Positions 1-13,757 of a stretch of 64,000 nucleotides of DNA are shown piece by piece; the stretch's first letter is position 1, and each line of letters opens with the position of its first letter. The notes beneath the pieces were generated by a model. The model searched no databases, was not told where the DNA came from, and saw only the letters and a list, made by a program, of their open reading frames with translations. The stretch lies in the NCBI RefSeq assembly GCF_009914755.1, contig NC_060932.1; one strand, given 5' to 3'. This DNA is from the human T2T-CHM13v2.0 reference genome, Homo sapiens. The position numbers were made by a program, and so were the translations under genes.

Positions 1-560
1 GTGGTTTTATTTTGCATTTTTCTAATGGCTAAACAGATTAAATACCTTTCCATTATTTATTGGTCATATAAATATCTTCTTTTATGAAATCCTGGACAAG
101 TTATTGGCCATTTTTCTATCACATTTTATTTTTGTTTTATTGATTGTCGAATTTCTTTATGTATTCTGAAAGAGTCGTTTGTTGGATAAATATACTGAAA
201 ATATTTTTGCTCATGCTTTGGTTTGTCTTTGCACTTTCTCAATGTGGTCTTTGACAGAGAGTTCCTATTTTAATGTAGCAAAATATATCAACTCTTTCTT
301 TATGGGTCTTGCTTTAAACGTCCTATTTAAAAAATAGTTACCTACCTTTAGGTTTGCAGATCCTCTTCTATGTTTTCCTCTAAAAGCTTTCTTTGCTTAG
401 CTTTTAAATTCGTATTGACAATTCATCTGAGATTTATTTTTAAGATTTGTGTTAGGTAGAGATTAAGATTCTTCCTTTCCCCAGTCCCCACTCCACCCAC
501 ATAAAGAGATCCAGTGTATATGTATCCAGCACCATGTATTAAGAAGATCCTTTTTCATTT
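1..560 (-). mobile_element. Old degraded L1 (L1M-type) remnant, antisense
   Basis: Antisense L1 motifs such as 'gtggttttattttgcatttttctaatg' and 'ccagcaccat'; highly diverged; further remnants probably continue to ~1830. Confidence 0.5.
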
Positions 561-579
561 GGAAATCAGTGTCTTCTTC

Positions 580-890
580 TTTGTAGTTGCAATCCTCTAA
601 TGGTACCTGGATCTTTCTGGTGGCCAGCACTCAACCTGAAGCTATCTAGGGATGCCCCCTTGCCCCCTACCACCAGTCTCATTAGCATAAAAAATCACTG
701 TTATTATTCTGGAGGTTCCAAGAGTCTTACGCTCTTGTGTAGAAACTGGGGACAAAGACCAAATATTATTAACAGAAGATGTCCCTGCAACCCCCTATCA
801 CTCAGGAAGCTACAAAGGTTTTTATAAACTCTATTACAGGAAACTGGGACAGAGACCACATATATATTCATTTTAGGGTACAATACCACA
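580..890 (-). mobile_element. MER21-like LTR fragment
   Basis: Recalled MER21 motifs 'caatcctctaat', 'ctgaagctatctagg', 'ctcattagcataaa' and a twice-repeated 'gaaactggg..acaaagacc'. Confidence 0.55.
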
Positions 891-1853
891 TTTAAAATAT
901 TGTTAAATTTTATTTTTAAGTTGTTGATAATATAGAGAACACAAATAATTTTTATATGTTAACTTTGTAATTTTAAACCTTGCCAAATTCCCTCAATAAT
1001 CCTAACAGTTTGTAGTTGCATTCTTTGAAGTCTCTATATATATGACCATTTCATCTGTAAATAATGATAGTTCAAATCCCTATACATTTTATTGTATTGT
1101 ATTTGCCTTATTGCACTCTTTAGAACTTTTCTTATAGTATTGCACCATATATCTCTTTTAATTTCAATGTCTTTATATTCTTAAGGATTTGCCTCTTGAA
1201 AGAGAAGGCAGTTGTGTTTGCGTTTGTTTTCTATGCAGTCTGACAGTCTTAGTCATCAAATGGAATCTTTAATTTATATGTATATTTAATGCAGTTATTG
1301 TTATTGATGTATCCTAAATTTTTCTGTATTTTTATTTTTTTCACAGTACTATGTTCTCCTTTCCTCCTTTTTTGATTTGTTTTGGATTAAGGGTATTTTA
1401 TCATTCATTTTCCCTGTGATTACCTTGTTAATTTTACATTTTTTAGTTGTTTTTAAAATATATTTTCCTAGAGACTAAAATATGTATCCTTGGATTTTAG
1501 CATATATCAATAATTTTAGAAAGTAGTCATAAAAATTGCCAAAAACATAGAAAACTTACTCCCACTAGTTTTTATAATTCATGTCATGTATTTTGACTCT
1601 ACCTATATTAAAACCCACCAGACATCATCATCATTATTATTGTAATTGTAGTACTTAGTAGGTTTTGATTTGATTGCTTGTTCAGTGGCTTTTCTTTCTT
1701 TATTACTTGGTTTTTGCTTGAGATCATTTTTTTGTCTGTGTGAAGAATTCCGTGAATAACTTGTTTACTGCAGGTGCATTGATGAGAAATTTTGTTTTGG
1801 TTTGAATACAAAATTCTTTATTTCACCTTCACCATCTAAAAATGTACACTATA

Positions 1854-2087
1854 GCAGCGAGCCAAGATCGTGCCACTGCACTCCAGCCTGGCAATAGAGT
1901 GAGACTCCGTCTCAAAAAAAAACCCAAAACAAACAAACAAAGAAAACCACTTGGGGAGGCCGAGGCGGGGGGATCACGAGGTCAAGAGATTGAGACCATC
2001 CTGGCTAACACGGTGAAACCCCGTCTCTACTCAAAAATACAAAAAATTAGCCGGATGTGGTGGCGGGCGCCTGTAGTCCCAGCTACT
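1854..2087 (+). mobile_element. Two Alu (AluY-like) fragments in permuted order: 3' end plus A-tail (1854-~1946), then left arm, linker and start of right arm (1948-2087)
   Basis: 'gccactgcactccagcctgg...gagactccgtctcaaaa' is followed by 'gggaggccgaggcg...gagaccatcctggctaacacggtgaaacc...cccagctact'. Confidence 0.85.
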
Positions 2088-2482
2088 GAAATGGCTTAAT
2101 ACAGTATGCTAACATGAACACCTGTGTTACCTTACCCAAGTGAAGAAATAGACGTTTGCCAAACATCTTACACATCTCGTTCATGCGCCTCAACCCAATC
2201 CAACATCCTTCCTCTTCCTAGAGAAAATAATGATTCTATCAACTGTATTAATCATCTCCTAGCATCTTTACAAAAAGTCCTACATTCTTTTAAAGAAATA
2301 TTATTTCAAGACAAAAATCTGTAAGGTAAGGATGGTACTTCCCATTGATTTAGTCATTTTTCTTGGCAATTTCAGTGTACAGAGCTAGGGTACAAACATA
2401 TATATTCATGAGTTCATATTAAAATTCTAATTCAAAATTAAACCACAGAGATTTTATTATTCTACTCTCTATTACATTGTAT

Positions 2483-2635
2483 TTACATGTTGAGTACATT
2501 GGTTCTAAGGAACATAGATATTGATAGAAATAGAATACAGCCATAATTAAATGTAAGATTACATATTGAGTATATTGGTTCCAAGGAACATAGACATTGA
2601 TAGAAATAAAATATGCCATAATTCAATCTAAGATT
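2483..2635. repeat. Tandem duplication, 76-bp unit x2
   Basis: 'ttacatgttgagtacattggttctaaggaacatag...' at 2483 repeats as 'ttacatattgagtatattggttccaaggaacatag...' at 2559. Confidence 0.9.
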
Positions 2636-3721
2636 TATTTCATATTTTATACACTTAACAATACTAATGATATCACCAATAGAATTATAGAAAACATAAA
2701 AATTTTCATATGCTTCTGTCATTCTTCTCATTTTAAAAAACTTATTCTATATCTACATTGATATAACTAACATCTATTTATTACACAAAATATACTGCTC
2801 CTCTCAAAACTCATTTAATCTTAAGTGGTTCTATATGTAATAATTAATAAATGCTCACCAACCTTTCTTATCACACTTCATGGTGATGTCCTTCCAGTCA
2901 TTTTGATTTTCTAAAGCTTATTCCCTGGCAAGATACTTTATGAAATTTTCAAGCAAACACAATTCCCTGATTTTTTGCATGTTGAAAAGTTTGTTATATT
3001 TATACTTTAGATTAAGTTTCTATTTTTTAAGATAAAATTCTTTACTTATACCTGCATTTTTTTACTATTTAAATATTCCAATTTTCACTGGCGTAAAAAC
3101 TTGTTCTTAAAACATCTGATGATAATCTAATTTTCTTTCCCCTTATAAGTCATGTTCCTTCTTTTAGAGCACCAAAGATTTTTAGAAAAAAATGCATGCA
3201 ATAATTTTACCAGAATATACTTTGGTGTTGAAAATTTAGGTTAATATTCTCAGTTTTGTGGGCCCCTTTCAAAATATAGTTTTAAATTCCATTTGAGAAA
3301 ATTTTTTTGAATTATATTTTTGGTATTGTCTTATTTCTTCAATTTGATTTTCCTCCCCAGATATTACACATATTCAGATGTTCAAAATTCTTAGGCAATA
3401 TTAGCATTCCTCAATTTCCTAGAAGTTTTCACATCTTTTAAAAACTTATTTTATATTTTTAAAGTTCTTTTCCTTTTGATTTTTTATTCTGCTTGACACA
3501 TTTTTTTGTGTTCATTTGCTGTGTGCTTCTTCTATTTAAGCCTTCCTTTTTAAAATAAATTTTTCTCTTTTTAATTGACTTCTGTGCTTTCCATTTTTTA
3601 TATTCTTTCTTATCTTCTATAATTTTCTTAATATTCTTTATTTTGTTTTGAAATAAGTTATAGTTTTGTTTTGTTCTGTGGGCACCTATTTCTAGCATGT
3701 TTTCATAGTCTGTAAGAATGT

Positions 3722-5702
3722 TACATTAATCTACTCTCACGCTGCTAAAAGAACACCTGAGACTGGGTAATTTAAAAAGGAAAGAGATTTAATTGGATCA
3801 CACTGAGGCATGGCTGGGGAAGCCTCAGGAAACTTACAATCATGGCAGAAGGGGAAGCAAACACGTCCTTCTTCACATGGGGGCAGGAGAGAGAAGTGCA
3901 GAGTGAAGGTGGGAATAGACCCTTAAAAAACCAACAGAGCTTGTGAGAACTAAATCACTATCACCATAACAGCATGGGGGAAACACACCAATGATCTAAT
4001 CATATCCCACGAGGTCCCTCCCTCAACATATGGAGTTTACAATTCACATTACAATTGATGAGATTTGCGTGGGGACACAGAGCCAGACCATGCCATTCTG
4101 CCCCTGATCCCTCCCAAATTTAGTCTTTCTCACATTTCACAACACAATTACTCCTTCCCAACAGTTCCCTAGTCTTAACTCATTTTAGCAGTAACCCAAA
4201 AGTCCAAGTCCATAGTCTCATCCGAGGCAAGGCAAGTTCCTTCTGCCTATGAACCTGTAAAATCAAAACCAAATTACTTCCAAGAAACAATGGGGGTACA
4301 GGCATTGGTAAATAACTCCTATTTCAAATGAAAGAAATTGGCCAAAACAAAGTCGCTATGGGCTCCACGCAAGTCCAAATCCCATAGGGCAGTCATTAAA
4401 CCTTAAAGTTCCAAAATGATCTCCTTTGACTCCAGGTCTTATATCTGGGGCACACTGATGTAACAGGTGGGCTCCCACAGCCTTGGGGAGGTCCACTCCT
4501 GTGGCTTTGCAGGGTATAGCTGCATTGTGCACATGGAAAATGCCAGCTCAGGAAAGCACCCAGGAGGGCAGCTGTACCCTGCAAAGCCCTATGAAGCAAT
4601 GGCCTGAGTTGTACCTTGGCTCCTTTTAGCCATGGTTGGAGCTGAAGCAGCTGGGATGCAGGGTACCATGTACCGAGACTGCACACAGCAGGGTGACCCT
4701 GGGCCCAGCCCACGAAACCATTTTTCCCTCTTAGGCTCCAAGCCTGTGATGGGAAAGGATGCCAGGAAGTTCTCTGACAGGCTCTGGGGACATTTTCCCC
4801 CATTGTCTTGGTGATTAACATTTGGGTCCTCATTTCTTATACAAATTTCTGCAGCAAACTTCAATTTCTCCCAAGTTAATGGTGTTCTTTTTTCTATTGT
4901 ATCATCAGGCTGCCAATTTTTCACTTTTATGCTATGCTTCCTCTTGAATGTTTTGCTGCTTAGAAATTTCTTCTCCCAGATGCCCTACATCATCTCTCTC
5001 AAGTTCAAGGTTCCACAGATCTCTAGGGAAGGGGCAAAATGCTACCAATCCCTTTGCTAAAGCATAGCAAGAGTCACCTTTGTTCCAGTTCCCTACAAGT
5101 TCCTCATCTCCGTCTGAGACCATCTCAGTCTGGACATTATTGCCCATATCACTCTCAGCATTTTGGTCAAAGCCATTTAACCAGTCTCTTGGAAGTTGCA
5201 AAATTTTCCACATTTTTCTGTCTTCTTCTTCATCCTTTAAACTATGCCAACCACCACCTGTTAGCCATTTCCAAGGTCACTTCCACATTTTTGGATATCC
5301 TTATAGCAGACCCTACTCTCTGCCATACCAATTTACTGTATTAGTCCATTCTCACACTGCTATAAAGAACTGCCTGAGACTGGGTAATTTATAAAAGAAA
5401 GAGGTTTAGTTGACTCACAGTTCCACATGGCTGTGGAGGCCTCAGGAAACTTACAATCATGGCAGATGAGGAAGCAAACACATCACTCTTCACATGGCAG
5501 CAGGAGATAGAAGTGCCAAGCAAAAGAGGAAAAGCCTCTTATAGAACAATCAGATCTCATGAAAACTCACTCACTATTATAAGAATAGCATGAGGGAATG
5601 AGTCTGATGATTCAATTACCTCCCACCAGGTCCCTTCCCCAACACATGGGGATTACAATTCAAGATGAGATTTGGATGGGGACACAGAACCAGACCATAG
5701 CA
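3722..5702 (-). mobile_element. THE1 (THE1D-like) MaLR element: LTR 3722-4095, internal region 4096-5336, LTR 5337-5702
   Basis: Two homologous LTRs ('...cctgagactgggtaattt...gggacacag..ccagacca'), THE1-int sequence between them, 5-bp flanks aatgt/aattt. Confidence 0.9.
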
Positions 5703-6766
5703 AATTTTATTTTGCTTCTTAGTATATTTTTAAAATGATAATTTTGTACAGATTATATTTTGATAATCTCATATTGCTTATTTTTACATATATTATTCTA
5801 AATTTCAGATCAGGATTGGGTTCAGGAAATTTCATTTACTTTAATAGAGCTCTCTCTTTGTGGTTTTGGTAATATTATATTACATGGCAGTTTGCTTTCA
5901 GAGGTTTGTTGATACTTTTATCTTTTTGCATTATGGTCTGAACGTTCTCTTTTCTTCATCTATCCTGTTCTTCTCTTACTCAGTTTTGACTCTATTTGCA
6001 TTATTTTCTTCTGTGTGATGGTTCTGTCATGGAAGAGAGATTTGGTTGATAAATTTTGAGAGTTAATGGGCCAAAATGCTCCAACCTGTTAAACCTTCCT
6101 ATGTCATGTTTCTTGTACTCACCTTCTGGTAGAGAGGGCAAAATTCCTCCCTGTTCAATCACTGTTCTCATATTGCCTATCCATAATTTGTTATGAGTGC
6201 CTGTTAGCATTTTGAGGTTCTCTTATTTTTGACTCAGTTGCTACTTTCATTGCTTCCAAGAGTAATATTGGCAGCTGGCTTTTAATAGAAATGTTTAAAG
6301 CTAGAAGGCAGTAAAACAATATATTTAATGTAGTAGGGAAGATATTCCTAACAAATTAGAATTCTGTACCCAGTGAAAATGACCACAAGTGACTTATAAA
6401 AGTGATAAGTCACTATAAAAGTTATAGAGGACTTTGGGAAGAGGACAGCATCAGCATTGTTTTTCAATATCTCTAATTACCCACATAGAAAAAGAGCATC
6501 AAGATAGCAAAATAAAAAACCATGGACAACATCTACAACACCACTAAGAAATGTATTCCTGAAAATTCCCAGCTATAGCAATTATATTCAAATGGTCAAC
6601 ACTGGTAAACCAATACAACTTTTCCCTAGAGATATTTGAATATTTAATATGAGAGCATTTTGCTGCATTATAGAGGTATTGCTTTTTAATTATAAGTCAT
6701 TATATTTCTCAAATCTAAAATTCCTTACATTGCTTTATTATTAATATAGGAACAATCATATGTTTT

Positions 6767-9700
6767 TGGGGGGGCAAGATTGCTGACTAGACACAGACAA
6801 GTGGAACAGCTCCCACGAAGGGACTGAGTCAACTGGTGTGCTTTTAAAAGATCTTCAGAGGGAAGGCACTTCAAGTAGACGGAGGGGAGACACAGAAGCT
6901 GGGCTGAAGGGTGAGAAAGCTGGGAAACTCACACAACAGGCTATTGTGCATTGGGACTCATTTTTGAACCACAACAGCTCAGGGAGTATGGGTGAGTTGA
7001 ACTGACAAGGAGCAACCCACTCTCACCACAGGACTCTGGACCTCCAGCAGGAGGGAACCCCTTGACCACTATGGACATTTGAGGTGGCAGAGAGAGATGC
7101 TTAGAGAAGTGGTGGGACAGCAAGCCATCTGACGTGGAGCCCAGAGGGTTTGGTGCAGGAGCATCCGGAGCAGAGCATGGCCACGGACGGCCATCCTTCT
7201 AGACTTGACTTACTCCTGTGGGAGATTTTAGCCCTAGGGAACTGTTGGGCCTGATCTCTGCAGGATGGTCATGTATCAGATGGGGCTGGTCTGACCTGAG
7301 CACTTGTTGTTCTGCTGGTCTCCCCCAGGACCCCAGCCTGGTCATGCCTACTTACAGGGCAGCTTCTGTACCAGCAGAAGCAAGGTGGCCCCTATGGCTG
7401 CACACCAGCCCACATATTTCCTCCCCATACTGTAGCTTCTCCTGAGCCCATGGCAACTCCCCACATCACTTTGCCGGTGCATGTCTGCATTAGCAGGTTT
7501 GCTTTACTTGCCCTGCCAGCATGTAGAAGTGAAATATGCCACTCAACCCCTGCAGACTGTCATTGCAGATGCAGCCTTGGGGGTCACAGAGTGAGCAAGA
7601 CCTGCCCCTGACAGTTCCCTACCCTTGGGCTAATGCTGTGCAGAGAGAACAGTATCCTCAACATGCCAAGCAATCACTCCTGCTTGTGAGGCACAGTGAA
7701 GTCACCCAGACCTGCATAGGCCAGTACCCTGTCCCAAGCCAACACAATCCCCAGTGCAACGACATGCACAGTCTCTAGCAGGGGTCCCCTGCTTTCCCTC
7801 CAGGTGCCTTGTCTCAGCTGCTGTGGTGAATTCCTGCAGGAAGGCAGGCCCCCCTGTATCCACTAGCACTCTGCTGCCGCTGCTGCATCTCAACCTTCCC
7901 CAAGTGCAATGGATGCCAAACCTCAAGGAGCCAGAGAACATCAGGGCCCAATACAATTTTCCCACAGTTGGAAAATTGCCCAACTGGGAAAAGCCCAGGA
8001 GTTTGGAGCTTAGCATTGGCCCCCTAAAATTTCCCAGAAATGAAGCCAGTTGTCTGATTCCACCTAAATCTACAATCAAATCCTTCAGGTCATCAAATAG
8101 GATTAAAGGGAAAAAAATCTAAATGTCAGCAATGACAATCTCAAAGATTGAAGGCAGATAAGCCCCCAAAGATGAGAAAGAATAAGCTCAAGAACACCAA
8201 AAAATCAATAAGCCTAAGTGCCCTTTTTTACTCAAATGACCACATCATCTCTCTAGCAAGTGTTCAGAACTGGGCTGATGCTGAGATGGCTGAAATGACA
8301 GAAATATAATTTAGAATGTGAATAGAAATGAACTACATTGAGCTACAGTAATACATTGTAACTCAATACAAGAAAACTATCAATTATGATAAAAAAAATA
8401 CAGACAAACTAGCTGGCATTGAAAAGAGTGTAACTGACCTGATAGAGCCAAAAAAACACACTACAAGAACTTCACAATGCAATGACAAACATTAATAGGA
8501 GACTAGACCAAACAGAAAAAAATAATCTCAGAACTTGAAGACTGGCTTTCTGAAATAACACAGGCAGACAAAAAGAGGGAAAAAAAGAGTGAAAAGGAAT
8601 GAACAAAACCTTCAAGAAATCTGGGATTATGTAAAGAGATCCAATCTAAGACTGATTAGTGTACCCAAAAGAGATGTGGAGAATGGAATCAATTTGGACA
8701 ACATATTTTAGGATATCATCCATGAGAACTTCCCCAACCTAGCTAGAGAGGCCAACATTTAAATTTAGAAAATGCAGAGACCCCAAGTAAGATACTTCAC
8801 AAGAAGATCATCCCCAAGACATATTATCATCAGATTTTTCAAGGTCAAAATGAAAGAAAAAGTGTTAAAGGAAGCTAGGAAGAAAGGAAGATCAGGTCAC
8901 CTACAAAGGGAAGCTCATCAGGCTAACAGCAGACATTTCAGCTAAAACCCTAAAGCCAGAAGATACTAGGGGCCAACATTCAACATTCAATATTCAACAT
9001 TCGTAAAGAAAATAAATTCCAACCAAGAATTTCATATTCAGCCAAACTAAGCTTCATAAACGAAGGAGAAATTATGACCTTTTCAGACAAGCAAATGCTG
9101 AGGGAATTTTTTTACCACCAGACCTGCTTTACAGGAGCTCCTGAAGGAAGCACTAAATATGGAAAGAAAAGACCATTATCAGCCACTTCCAAAACACACT
9201 GAAGTACACAAACCAGTAACACTATGAAGCAACTACATAAAAAAGTCTACAAAATAACCAGCTAGCATCATGATGATAGGATCAAATTCACATATAACAA
9301 TACTAACCTTAAATGTAAATGGGCTAAATGCCTAAATTAAAAAGCACAGAATGGCAAGCTGGATAAAGTACCAAGACTTCTTGGTCTGCTGTATTCAAGA
9401 GACCCATGTCATGTGCAGAGACACACATAAGCTCAAAATAAAGGGATGGAGAAAAATTTATCAAGCAAATGGAAAACAGAAAAAGCTGGGATCACAATCC
9501 TAGTTTCAGACACAACAGATTTAAACCAACGAAGATCAAAAGGGAAAAGAAAGGCATTAAATAGTGGTAAAGGGTTCAATTCAACGAGAAGAGTTCACTA
9601 TTCTAAATATATATGCACCCAATATAGGAGCACTCAGATTCATAAAGCAAGTTCTTAGAGAACTACAAAGAGACTTAGACCCCCACACAATAATAGTGGG

Positions 9701-12700
9701 AGATTTTAATACCCCACTGACAATATCAGACAGATCATTAAGACAGAAAATTAACAAAGATATTCAGGACCTGAACTAAGCTCTGGATCAAGTGGACCTC
9801 ATAGATATCTACAGAGCCCTCTACACAAAAACAACAGAATATGTATTCTTTTCATTGCCACAGCACTTACTCAAAAATTGATAACATAATTAAAAGTAAA
9901 ACATACCTCAGCAAATGCAAAAGAAATGAAATTATAACAAACAGTCTCTCAGACCATAGCACAAAATTAGAAGTCAAAATTAAGATATTCACTCAAAACC
10001 ACACAACTACATGGAAATTGAACAATATGCTCCTGAATGACTCCTGAGTAAATAATGAAATTCAGGCAGAAATAAAGAAGTTCTTTGAAACTAATGAGAA
10101 CAAAGAGACAACATACCAGAATACGTGGAATACAGCTAACGTGATGTTACAAGGGAAATTTATAGCACTAAATGCCCACATCAAAATGCTAGAAAGATCT
10201 CAAGTTAACAACCTAACATCACAATTAAAAGAACTATAGAACCAAGAGCAAAGAAACCCCAATGCTAGCAGAAGACAAGAAATAACCAAGATCAGAGTTG
10301 GACCTAAAGAAGATAGAACCATGAAAACCACTTCAAAAAAATGAATTCAGGAGCCAGTTTTTTGAAAAAATTAATAAAATAGATGGCTAGCTTGAATAAC
10401 AAAGGAGAAAAAAGAGACAAATCAAATAAACAATCAGAAATGACAAGGGGGATATTACCACTGACCCCACAGAAATACAAAGAACCATCAGAGATGACTA
10501 TCAACACCTCTATGTATATAAACTAGAAGATCTAGAAGAAATAGTTAAATTCCTGGACACTCTCCCAAGACTGAACCAGGAAGAAATTGAATCCCGAATA
10601 GAACAATAATGAGTACTGAAATTGAGGCAGTAATAAATAACCTACCAACCCCAAAAAACCCCAGGACAAGATGGATTTAGAGTTGAATTCCACCAGTGGT
10701 AAAAAGAAGAGCTGGTACCCTTTCTACTAAAACTATTCCAAAAAATTGAAAACAAGGGAATTTTCCCTAACTCATTTTATGATGTCAGCATCATCCTGAT
10801 ACCTAAACCTGGCAGAGATACAACAAAAAAAGAAAACTTCAGGCCAGTATCCCTGATGAACATCAATGCAAAAATCCTCAACAAAATACAGGCAAACCAG
10901 ATCCAGCAGCACATAAAAAAGCTTATGCACCACAATCAAGTTGGCTTCATCCCCATAATGCAAGGTTGGTTCAAAATACACAAATCAATAAATGTGATTC
11001 ATCATATAAATAGAACTTAAGACAAAAACCACATGATTATCTCAATATATGCAGAAAAGGCCTTCAATAAAGTTCAACATTAGTTCATGTTAAAAACTCT
11101 CAATAAACTAGGTATTGAAGGAACATACCTCAAAATAATAAGAGCCATATATGACAAACCCATAGCCAATATCATACTGAATGAGCAAAAGCTAGAAGCA
11201 TTCCCCTTGAAAACTGGCACAAGACAAGGCACAAGACAAGAATGCCCTCTCTCATCACTCCTATTCTGCACAATATTGGAAATTCTTGCCAGGGCAATCA
11301 GGCCAGAAAAAGAAATAAAGGATATTCAAATAGGAAGAGAGGAAGTCAAATTATCTTTGTTTACAGATGACATGATCTTATGTCTGGGAAACCCCATTGT
11401 TTCAGCTCAAAAGCTTTCTAAGCTGATAAGCAACCTCAGCAAAGTCTCAGGATACAAAATTAGTGTGCAAAAATTGCTAACATTTCTATTCAGCAAGAGC
11501 AGACAAGCCAAGAGCCAAATTATGAATGAACTCCCATTCACAATTGCTACAAAAAGACTAAAATTCCTAGGAATGTAGCTAACAAGGGAAGTGAAGGACC
11601 TCTTCAAGGAGAACTACAAACCACTGCTCAAAGAAATCAGAAAGAACACAACACAAACAAATGGAAAAGCATTCCATACTTATAAATAGGAAGGATCAAT
11701 ATCATGGAAATGGCCATACTGCCCAAAGTAATTTATAGATTCAATGCTATTCCCATTAAACTACCAGTGACATTTTTCACAGAATTAGAAAAACTATTTT
11801 AAAATTCTTATGGATCCAAGAAAGAGCCCAAATAGCCAAAACAATACTAAGCAATAAGAACAAAGCTGAGGCATCATGTTACCTTCAAACTGCAATACAA
11901 GGCAACAGTAACCAAAACAGTATGGTACTCATATAAGAACAGATGCATAAACCAATGGAACAGAATAGGGAACTCATAAATAAGACCACACAGCTACAGC
12001 CATCTGATCTTTGACAAACCTGACAAAAGGAATGGGGAAAGGATTCCCTATGTAGTACATGGTTTTGGGAGAATTCGCTAGCCATGTTCAGAAAATTGAA
12101 ACTGGACCCCTTCCTTATACCTTATACAAAAATTAACTCAAGATGGATTAAAAACTTAAATGTAAAATCCAAAACTATAAAAACCCTAGAAGAAAATCTA
12201 GACAATATCATTCAGGACATAGGTACAGGAAAAGATTTCATCACAAAAATGCCAAAAGCAGTTGCAACAAAAACCAAAATTGACAAATTGAATTTAATTA
12301 AACTAAAGAGCTTTTGTGCAGAAAAAGATACTATCATCAGTGCAAAGAGATAACCTACAGAATGGGAGAATACTTTTGCAATCTATCCAACTGACAAAGG
12401 TTTAATATCCAGTCTACAAGAAACTTAAATTCACAAGAAAAAACAACCCTATTCAAAAGTTGGCAAAGGGCATGAACATACGCTTCTCAAAAGAAGGCAT
12501 ATATACAGCCAAAAAATATGAAAAAAGCTCAATATCACTGATCATTAGGGAAATGCAAATCAAAACAACGAGATACCATCTTATGCCAGTAAGAATGGGT
12601 ATTATTAAAAAGTAAAAAATATAACAGTTGCTGGCAAGGTGTGGAGAAAAATGAATGCTTTTACATTTTTGGTGGGAGTGTAAATTAGTTCAACCATTGT

Positions 12701-13309
12701 GGAAGACAGTGTGGTGATTCCTCAAAGATCTAGAGGCAAAAGCACCAATTAACCCATCAATCTTATTACTAGGTATATACCTAGAGAAAGATAAATCATT
12801 TTATTATAAAGATACATGTATGGGTATCTTCATTGCGGCAATATTCACAATAGCAAAGACATGGAATCAACTCAAATGCCCATCAATGATAGACTGAATG
12901 AAGAAAATGTGGTACATATACACCATGGAATAAAAGGAACATAAAAGGAATAAAAGCAGACATAACAGGAACAAGATCATGCAGGGACATGGATGGAGCT
13001 GGAAGCCATTAGCCTCAGTATCCTCTGGAACAGAAAACCAAACACTGAATGTTTTCACTTACAAGTGGGAGCTGAACAATAAGAACACAGGGACACATGG
13101 TTCATGGAACAACACACACTGCGGCCTGTTGAGGGGAGTAGTAGGGGGAGGGAGAGCATCAGGAAAAATACTAATCAATGCTGGGCATAATACCTAGGTG
13201 ATGGGATGATCTGTGCAGCACAACATTATGGAACACATTTATTTATGTAACAAACCTGCACATCCTGCACATACACCCCTGAACTTAAAATAAAACTTGA
13301 AGAAAAAAA
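6767..13309 (+). mobile_element. Full-length inactive L1 (about L1PA11-L1PA14): 5'UTR, ORF1 from ~8172, ORF2 from ~9269, 3'UTR and A-tail
   Basis: 5' end 'gggggcaagattgctgactag'; ORF fragments with EN motif (IIVGDFNTPL) and RT motif (LFTDDMIL); many stops and frameshifts; 3'UTR 'gagagcatcaggaaaaata'. Confidence 0.92.
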
Positions 13310-13319
13310 TTCCAATATT

Positions 13320-13757
13320 AAAGTTAGTGTAGCCTTATTGCACAGTGTTTACAGTAGTGTACAGCAATGTACCAGGCCTTCACATTCATTCACCACTCAC
13401 TGACACATCCAGAGCAACTTCCAGTTCTGCAAGCTCCATTCATGGTAAGTTCCCTATAAAGGTGTACCATTTTTGCCTTTTATTCTGCATCTATACAGTA
13501 CCTTTTCTATCTTTAGATATGTTTATAAACACAAAAACTTACCATTATGTTACAATTGCCTGTGGTATTCAGTATAGTAAAATGCTGCACAGGTTTGTAG
13601 CCTAGGTGCAATAGGCTATACCATATAGCCCAGATGTACAATAGGCTATACCATCTAGGTTTGTGTAAGTGCACTCTATGATGCTCAAACAAAAATAAAA
13701 AGCCTAACAATGCATTTATCAGAATGTATCCCTGTCATGAAGTGACACATAACTATA
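13320..13757 (+). mobile_element. Tigger3 (Golem) DNA transposon, 3' portion
   Basis: 'ccaggccttcacattcattcaccactcactgac...gcaagctccattcatggtaag'; ends in TIR-like 'gacacataactata'. Confidence 0.8.

Noticed and set aside
2483-2635. CRISPR-like or functional repeat array (also 23246-23440)
   Set aside because: Only two adjacent diverged units, no spacers, and a mammalian context.
4396-5394. Overlapping 93-145 aa ORFs
   Set aside because: Derived from the THE1 internal region; fragmented, with no evidence of a domesticated gene.
6385-6411. 10-bp inverted repeat agtgacttat/ataagtcact
   Set aside because: Too short to support any function.
11216-11240. 12-bp in-frame tandem duplication in the L1 RT region (GTRQGTRQ)
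   Set aside because: Ordinary slippage in a dead element.
9269-13000. Reverse transcriptase/endonuclease ORFs as a novel retro-system or active L1
   Set aside because: All such ORFs (also at 14.5-17.9, 23.6-25.2, 31.9-33.2 and 59-61.8 kb) are fragments of ordinary, multiply disrupted L1 ORF1/ORF2.
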